64,000 bases of DNA from Candidatus Poribacteria bacterium. GTDB taxonomy: Bacteria; Poribacteria; WGA-4E; PCPOR2b. The notes under the pieces were generated by a model, which saw nothing but the letters and a program-made list of their open reading frames with translations, was not told the DNA's origin and did not search any database. Position numbers and translations under genes: made by a program. The stretch spans positions 2,176,001 to 2,240,000 of the forward strand of contig OZ240245.1 in NCBI GenBank assembly GCA_965198175.1. The letters are read 5' to 3'. Shown piece by piece: positions 58,258-64,000 of this stretch; the first letter of the stretch is position 1, and every line of letters begins with the position of its first letter.

Positions 58258-59073
58258 ATGAACAGACACTTGTTGTTTTATATAACCATTGCATTATTCT
58301 CCATTAGAATTTTGCCGGTAAGCGGTGATATGGACATACCCCCTTTAGCAATGGAGGTACTTGAAAAAAAAGGCATTACAATCGCCGATTTGCAGAACGA
58401 TCCGGAACTTCGCAAAAAATGGTTAAGGAAATTCCGGGATATGGGGGGGAAAAAGGAAAACGATAAAACATCAGGGAAGCATTCTCGTCCAAAGGGCGTC
58501 GGAGTTGATTTGAACCCTGCCCCTCAATTCTATAAAGTTATCATTGACAACAACCTATTCCGTCCACTCGGATATCGCAGGGCAAAACCAGGACCGCCAT
58601 TTGAACTGATTGCCACCGTTGTTAATCGCAACTCGGGTGGGAGCAAAGCGTTAATCCGAAGCAATGCAGATCGGCAGGTCTATTATGTTGGGGTTGGCGA
58701 AGAGTTCGCCGGCGCCAAAGTCGAAATGATTGAGCCGCTTAAAGTGAAGGTTTTCCATCATGGAAATTCACAGGAATTTCGAGCTTCAACAGGGGAATTT
58801 CTTGGCGGTGGGGGTGATGACAGAAAACCCTCGCCCCGGATGAGAAATGGCGAATCCGCCCCAAAATCAGGTCGCGTGGATTCCAATTCCGGTGGCAGGG
58901 ATTTCAATTTCGAAGGCATGGAGCGAAAGCTAAGAGATTTACCACCTGAAGCGCGTAAGAAACTAATGCGTCAGATGATGAGAAAGCGGCGAGAAGCGTC
59001 TGAAGGCAAGCATCGAGATGACAATGAGGAGAAGGAAGATGACGAGCGCGGCGGTGAGAAGAGAGGGAAATAG
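58258..59073 (+). CDS. GspC-like protein
   Basis: NLFRP..FELIATV..KALIR..YYVGVGEEF.GAKV.MI (HR-domain-like); positioned before the secretin. Confidence 0.6.
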   Translation: MNRHLLFYITIALFSIRILPVSGDMDIPPLAMEVLEKKGITIADLQNDPELRKKWLRKFRDMGGKKENDKTSGKHSRPKGVGVDLNPAPQFYKVIIDNNLFRPLGYRRAKPGPPFELIATVVNRNSGGSKALIRSNADRQVYYVGVGEEFAGAKVEMIEPLKVKVFHHGNSQEFRASTGEFLGGGGDDRKPSPRMRNGESAPKSGRVDSNSGGRDFNFEGMERKLRDLPPEARKKLMRQMMRKRREASEGKHRDDNEEKEDDERGGEKRGK

Positions 59074-59152
59074 CAGTCACGATTGATAGTACTCGCGTAG
59101 GTCATAATTTGAATTTCATCACCTTTTCATTTACGAATCCGGAAAAAGATGA

Positions 59153-62100
59153 ATGAAAGAGAGGCGAAGATATCCGTTTCTCGTTATTCTTTATGTGCAC
59201 ATGGGGCGGCTATTCGGAAATCTCAAGTCATTGCGTACATTGAGTATATATTTTGTTTCATGTCAAAATTTAGTACGGGGGTATAGTATGGGAGTATGTT
59301 CCAAGGCAACTGCCTTGCGGAGAATAGACATTTGCATATTCTTGGCTTCAGTGATATTTGTTGCCGGAGTCACCGCCATCGTTGTAACGCCTGCTTTGGG
59401 CGAGGAAGATGATCGCAAAGGGATGAAGGTCTCAGAACGGGATGAAGCCGGAAAAGCCGTCAGATTTGACTTCGACTTCTCAGGTGGAGATTTGCAAAAC
59501 TTAATTAAGTTCATCAGTGAAGAAGCAGATCTCACGATTGTAGCCGCCGAAAACGACATCAAAGATAAGAAGTTTGCACTCACGAATCTCAGAAATGTGA
59601 CAATTGAGGAAACGCTTGAAGAAATCAAAACAGTTTTGTCGCAGTACAATCTGACAATGATTCGAACGAATAAGACCTTACTAATCACCACATTCAATAA
59701 AGCGGTACAGATGAAGGTCCCGGTCAAGCGCGTGACCGCAGATCCCAATCTGATTGAGCCGACCGACGAAATTCAAACCTACATCATCCAGTTGAATAGT
59801 GCTACGGCATCGGAATTGGTAGGTGGTATCAAGCCTCTTCTGAACAGCGCCGCCAACATTTTTGCGGACGCTAACAGCAATTCGTTGATTATAACCGACC
59901 TTGCCTCCAATATTCGTAGGATTGTGACCATTTTGCAAGTCGCTGACGAAGATCCGGACGTACCGCTTAAGGTCGAGGTTATTCCATTGACGAACGCAAC
60001 AGCCAAATCCTTAGCACAAACCTTGAGCGAAGTGTTTCGTCAAGAGGAGCAAGTTACCAACATACTTAGGAAGATAAGTTTTACCAGTAATCCGGATGAA
60101 ATGCGCAAGATGATGGAGAAAGCCAAGGAAAGTGGAGCAGGTATTGACATGATTCGTGGGCGTATCCAGATAGCCGCCGATGAAAGTTCAAATTCACTCA
60201 TCATAAAGGCGTCGGAGTCTAACCTTGTTGTGCTCAGAGAGCTGATTCAGCAACTGGATACGGCGCCAAGCGTTCAAACAGAAATCCGAATCTTCCGTTT
60301 GAAATTCGCGATTGCCGCAGATGTCTCTGAGACGCTTGAAGAGATTATTACTGGTCGAAGCGCCGGGAGTCGTCCCGGTCGATACTCTCACAGATGGGAA
60401 AGACGCGCATGGGAGGACCGGCGCAGCCGTGTGCGCAGAGAGACCGCCGGGCAAGAACATCAAGGTATTATCGGGACGGTGAATATCGCATCGAGCGATC
60501 ATTTGAATGCTGTGATAATTGCTTCAGATCCACGTAACTTCCCAATTCTCGAAAAACTCGTCACGGAACTCGACCAGTCCGACCCCCAGGAGGAGATTCG
60601 ACTCTACTTTATGAAATTTGCACAAGCCGAGACAATGGCACAAAATCTCCAAGATCTCTTTGAAGGCGGCAGCATAGGGAGAGATCAAGATAGACCGTGG
60701 TGGGATCGACAAAGGCAACGTCAGGTAGATACAACAGGGTTTGGTGTCCAAGGACCTGTCCATCTTGTGCCGGATTCTCGATTGAATGCACTGATGGTTT
60801 CCACCGCGGAGCAAAATTTTGAAACGATCGAAGAACTCATCAAACGCCTTGATGTGAACATGCCAGACCAGGAATGGGCGACACGTGTTTACCACTTGAA
60901 GTATGCGGACGCCGAGAACGTCGAAACGATTATCAATAACCTATATCGGGACAGCGGCTCAGCACGCGTGTGGTGGCTCCCCAGTCAGCCGAATCAAAAT
61001 CGGAGCGCGCTTGCCGGAAATGTAACTGCTGAGGCTTACCCCACACTGAACGCGGTGTTCATCTCTACGGCGACACAGCGAAACTTTGAGCTTATTTGGC
61101 AAGTTATTCAGGAGATTGACGTACCAACGCCAGCAGCACAAAAGGAGGTTACAAAGCCCATCCGCCTTGAATACGCTAATGCCGAACAGATAAAGGACGT
61201 GTTGAGCGAGGTCTGGGAAGATGAGGGGGATCGTGGCGGTTTCAGCTTCGGACGCTTCTTGTCACGCGGTGGACGTGGCGAACAGAAAGATATCAATTCG
61301 CTGCGCGGTAAAGTTACCGTGTTTGCGGATCCGGATACCAATACGCTGATTGTAACTACCGCTCAACGGTATCTGCCAGACGTTGAAGCCCTGATTCGCG
61401 GGCTTGATTTCGTCCGCGGGCAGGTCTGGATCGACATTCAGATTCTTGAGGTAACGCTGGATGAATCCACGAAGCTCGGTCTTGAATTGACAGCACAAGA
61501 AAATAGACTCTTCGGCGAGGAGATACGCGCTGGCAATCCGCTGGTTGGAGGACTAGATACCAAATTCGCACTCGATCAAGAAATCAGCGGCTTTTCGTAC
61601 AGCATCGCGACAAAAGAATATATGGCGTTGCTTCACACACTAATGCGCGAGAACAAAGTCAGGACGTTATCGACCCCCTCACTGCTGACGCGGGATAACC
61701 AGCAAGCGACGTGGAGTCGTGGGCGAACGATACCGTATCTACAGAGCGTTGATACCAGGAGCCTTTTGGGTGATACGGTCAATCAGCCCTTGTTTAACTA
61801 CGATTTCATTAGCCCTCCTGTCGGCATTAACATCACGATTACACCACACATTGCGAAGTCTGAAGAGGGACCAGATGGCAAACGCACCATCGGGCTGGAG
61901 ATCGTGCAAATCCAAGCGAGTAACTTCATTGAGTTCACAGACTTCAACGCGCCAATCACGGAAGATAGCTCAATTAGCGCTTATGTTGACGTGGAAGACG
62001 GACAGAGAATTGTGGTTGGGGGTATGATCAAGCAAAAACAACAGCAAATTGAAAGCAAAATGCCAATCTTGGGGGACATTCCATTTTTGGGCAACTTATT

Positions 62101-62317
62101 CAGAAGGACAGAAACGGTGACTGAAAACTCTGAGATTGTTATTATTATCACGCCTCACATTATTGATATCAAGAATCCGGACGATCTTCGCAGGTTAGAA
62201 GAGCAGGCAAACGAGTGGCGCTCCAACGACAGTAACACCCCAAATGAACAAGGTGAAGGCGGAGGAACTATAAACCGAGACATCAGCGAAGAAGGGAAGG
62301 AGAAAATGGATAAGTAG
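59153..62317 (+). CDS. gspD: Secretin GspD with N0 plus six Secretin_N repeats (true start likely ~59288 or later)
   Basis: Repeated xLxxAxA...D..xN.LI units, QVWIDIQILEV, LSTPSLLTRDNQ, DGQRIVVGG, MPILGDIPFLGNLFR, IIITPHII. Confidence 0.92.
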   Translation: MKERRRYPFLVILYVHMGRLFGNLKSLRTLSIYFVSCQNLVRGYSMGVCSKATALRRIDICIFLASVIFVAGVTAIVVTPALGEEDDRKGMKVSERDEAGKAVRFDFDFSGGDLQNLIKFISEEADLTIVAAENDIKDKKFALTNLRNVTIEETLEEIKTVLSQYNLTMIRTNKTLLITTFNKAVQMKVPVKRVTADPNLIEPTDEIQTYIIQLNSATASELVGGIKPLLNSAANIFADANSNSLIITDLASNIRRIVTILQVADEDPDVPLKVEVIPLTNATAKSLAQTLSEVFRQEEQVTNILRKISFTSNPDEMRKMMEKAKESGAGIDMIRGRIQIAADESSNSLIIKASESNLVVLRELIQQLDTAPSVQTEIRIFRLKFAIAADVSETLEEIITGRSAGSRPGRYSHRWERRAWEDRRSRVRRETAGQEHQGIIGTVNIASSDHLNAVIIASDPRNFPILEKLVTELDQSDPQEEIRLYFMKFAQAETMAQNLQDLFEGGSIGRDQDRPWWDRQRQRQVDTTGFGVQGPVHLVPDSRLNALMVSTAEQNFETIEELIKRLDVNMPDQEWATRVYHLKYADAENVETIINNLYRDSGSARVWWLPSQPNQNRSALAGNVTAEAYPTLNAVFISTATQRNFELIWQVIQEIDVPTPAAQKEVTKPIRLEYANAEQIKDVLSEVWEDEGDRGGFSFGRFLSRGGRGEQKDINSLRGKVTVFADPDTNTLIVTTAQRYLPDVEALIRGLDFVRGQVWIDIQILEVTLDESTKLGLELTAQENRLFGEEIRAGNPLVGGLDTKFALDQEISGFSYSIATKEYMALLHTLMRENKVRTLSTPSLLTRDNQQATWSRGRTIPYLQSVDTRSLLGDTVNQPLFNYDFISPPVGINITITPHIAKSEEGPDGKRTIGLEIVQIQASNFIEFTDFNAPITEDSSISAYVDVEDGQRIVVGGMIKQKQQQIESKMPILGDIPFLGNLFRRTETVTENSEIVIIITPHIIDIKNPDDLRRLEEQANEWRSNDSNTPNEQGEGGGTINRDISEEGKEKMDK

Positions 62318-62470
62318 CAGTGGTCCAGCCACGCTCCACATTTTACAGCTTAAGTTGTGTCGCATCTGCGTTGTCGGTAGTTTAGTAGACCTTGATGGCG
62401 GCGGGCAATCCCATCGTAACCTGCCAAAATGATGAATACCAATGTGAGATCGTGAAAGGAAAACTTCGTC

Positions 62471-63667
62471 TTGGGTAAATATAGTGCTTACCTTCCTGCG
62501 CTCCTGATGGATTTCTGTTTTAGCGCGATCTTCACGAATACCGCTTTCTATTCAAGTTATCTCCATCTCTCTTCAACCTTTTTGGGTACACTCACCGCAA
62601 TTAGCAGTGGCATTTACGTGATTCTTGTTATTCCCCTCGGCCGGCTCTCCGATCGAATTGAACGAACCTACAATCTCGCCGCGGGGTGCTTGTTACTTGC
62701 GGTCCTTAGCTTCGCACTTCCGTTCTGTTTCCGTAAGTTGCATCTAGCAATCGTCTTTCCGTGCGTCAGCATCAGCCAAGCGTTTTTTTGGCCCGCCTAC
62801 GAAGCGTGGCTTGCTGAACGAGGAAGTGATGGGCATCTGATTAAGCGGCTGCGGCTCTTCAATCTGTTTTGGAGTATTGGCATTACAGCCGGTCCAGTAA
62901 CTTCGAGTTACCTCTATCGGGGTTCTAATCCAGTTATTCCCTTCTACCTTGCCGGCGGTTTCAGCTTGCTCAACTGGTCGATGATTTTTTCCCATGCGAA
63001 GCTCCACAAAGGCGGTAAAAACGAGACAACGCCCACACCAAGTCCAAGAAGCACGTGGGTGACAACACAGCCACCACGCCCGTTACAGCACGTTTATTTG
63101 CAAATTGCGCGGATTGCTAATTTTGCATCATGGTTTTCCTTGGGCGTCTTGCGGCGCATTGCGCCAAAATTAACGCTAGAGATGGGCATCCCCGCAAGGA
63201 TGTTCGGAAATCTGATGCTGACCTTGGGTGGTGTGCAAACGCTCACGTTTCTTTGGTTCGGCACGGATTACTCGACGCGGTGGCATTACCGGTTATTTCC
63301 TCTGGTCTGTGTGCAATTTCTAGCAGTGATGGGGTTTGCGGGGATGTGGTGTTTGACGCACGCTGTCCTTTGGGCGCTTGCCTTTGCAACGATAGCTGTA
63401 TGCGCTGGGGTTACCTACTTTAGTAGCTTGTATTACAGTTTGCATGAGCAGAAAAACAAGGGTGACAAAAGCGGATGGCACGAAGCAATACTTGGGAGTG
63501 GAATCTTGTTTGGACCTTTTCTGGGTGGGATATTTGCGGATTCAGCCTTGGGAATCAAGAGCCCTTATCTGCTTTGTGCAGGTGTAATTACAATCTGCAT
63601 CTTCCTGGAAGGATTGAGTTGGGTGTGGGCAGGGAAGCACCGTAGCAAGTTGGACTTTACCGCTTAA
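62471..63667 (+). CDS. MFS transporter
   Basis: GRLSDRIER motif A, about 12 TM segments, GPFLGGIFAD. Confidence 0.88.
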   Translation: MGKYSAYLPALLMDFCFSAIFTNTAFYSSYLHLSSTFLGTLTAISSGIYVILVIPLGRLSDRIERTYNLAAGCLLLAVLSFALPFCFRKLHLAIVFPCVSISQAFFWPAYEAWLAERGSDGHLIKRLRLFNLFWSIGITAGPVTSSYLYRGSNPVIPFYLAGGFSLLNWSMIFSHAKLHKGGKNETTPTPSPRSTWVTTQPPRPLQHVYLQIARIANFASWFSLGVLRRIAPKLTLEMGIPARMFGNLMLTLGGVQTLTFLWFGTDYSTRWHYRLFPLVCVQFLAVMGFAGMWCLTHAVLWALAFATIAVCAGVTYFSSLYYSLHEQKNKGDKSGWHEAILGSGILFGPFLGGIFADSALGIKSPYLLCAGVITICIFLEGLSWVWAGKHRSKLDFTA

Positions 63668-63716
63668 CGCATCAGTCGGAATTCCAGTGTCCCCCTTTGT
63701 CCTGCCACATATTCCC

Positions 63717-64000
63717 TTACTCCGACTGCATCTTCTGCATCTCATTGATCTGTTGACGCGCATAAGCGACGATAACACTTTTTGGATGATTATCAATTAG
63801 CGCAGAATATACCTGCATCGCTTTGCAAACGTCCTCCAGTTGCCAACGATAGATGTCGGCAATCTTTGCCTGTGCCTCCAGTGCGCGTGGACTCTCAGAA
63901 GTGACAACCTGCTGATACACTTCGATTGCGTTTGTATACTCGCCTTGTTTTAGATGAATATCTCCGGCTAACAATCTCAACTCATCAATGATAAGCGCCT
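63717..64000 (-). CDS. TPR protein, 3' part (begins beyond the window)
   Basis: AGDIHLKQGEYTNAIEVYQQVV, AQAKIADIY..AMQVYSALIDNHP; frame open to the window edge. Confidence 0.75.
   Translation of the reverse strand, partial: ALIIDELRLLAGDIHLKQGEYTNAIEVYQQVVTSESPRALEAQAKIADIYRWQLEDVCKAMQVYSALIDNHPKSVIVAYARQQINEMQKMQSE

Noticed and set aside
47692..62317. Type IVa pilus cluster
   Set aside because: Canonical GspG and GspK are present and there is no PilT; the PilM-like gene fits a GspL-type role. No prepilin peptidase is present in the window.

Overview
Bacterial chromosomal window. It most likely comes from a Candidatus Poribacteria-like lineage; this is inferred from the WD40+FlgD-Ig protein, the LamG protein, the CRTAC1/ASPIC-UnbV proteins and a recurring C-terminal TTTW[AG]x[MI]K motif, and was not checked against a database. 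Layout: (1) 1-15171, housekeeping genes (modC, ogt, class V aminotransferase, Fur family, argD, ispE, tRNA-Gln, rplY, amidase, GerMN, pth). (2) ~15180-26130, a partly decayed accessory island of repeated cassettes. Each cassette has the pattern GTAG-type REP doublet, 3' remnant of a sigma-54 activator, inverted-repeat block, sigma-54 (-24/-12) promoter, secreted protein with His at the first predicted mature residue plus a GxH-x5-7-HxH motif, hairpin, then a lipoprotein. IS3 and IS5 remnants interrupt the array. (3) 26205-47342, a WD40 protein, an ECF sigma / small protein / pseudo-M1-peptidase operon, metabolic genes, a TPR-FGE-CRTAC1 cluster and xylF. (4) 47692-62317, a type II secretion-like cluster with extra ComEA-like helix-hairpin-helix repeats (in GspK and the GspM-like protein) and a secretin with six N-domains. 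The best candidates for an undescribed system are the sigma-54 cassette array of putative histidine-brace secreted proteins with lipoprotein partners, and the atypical T2SS.
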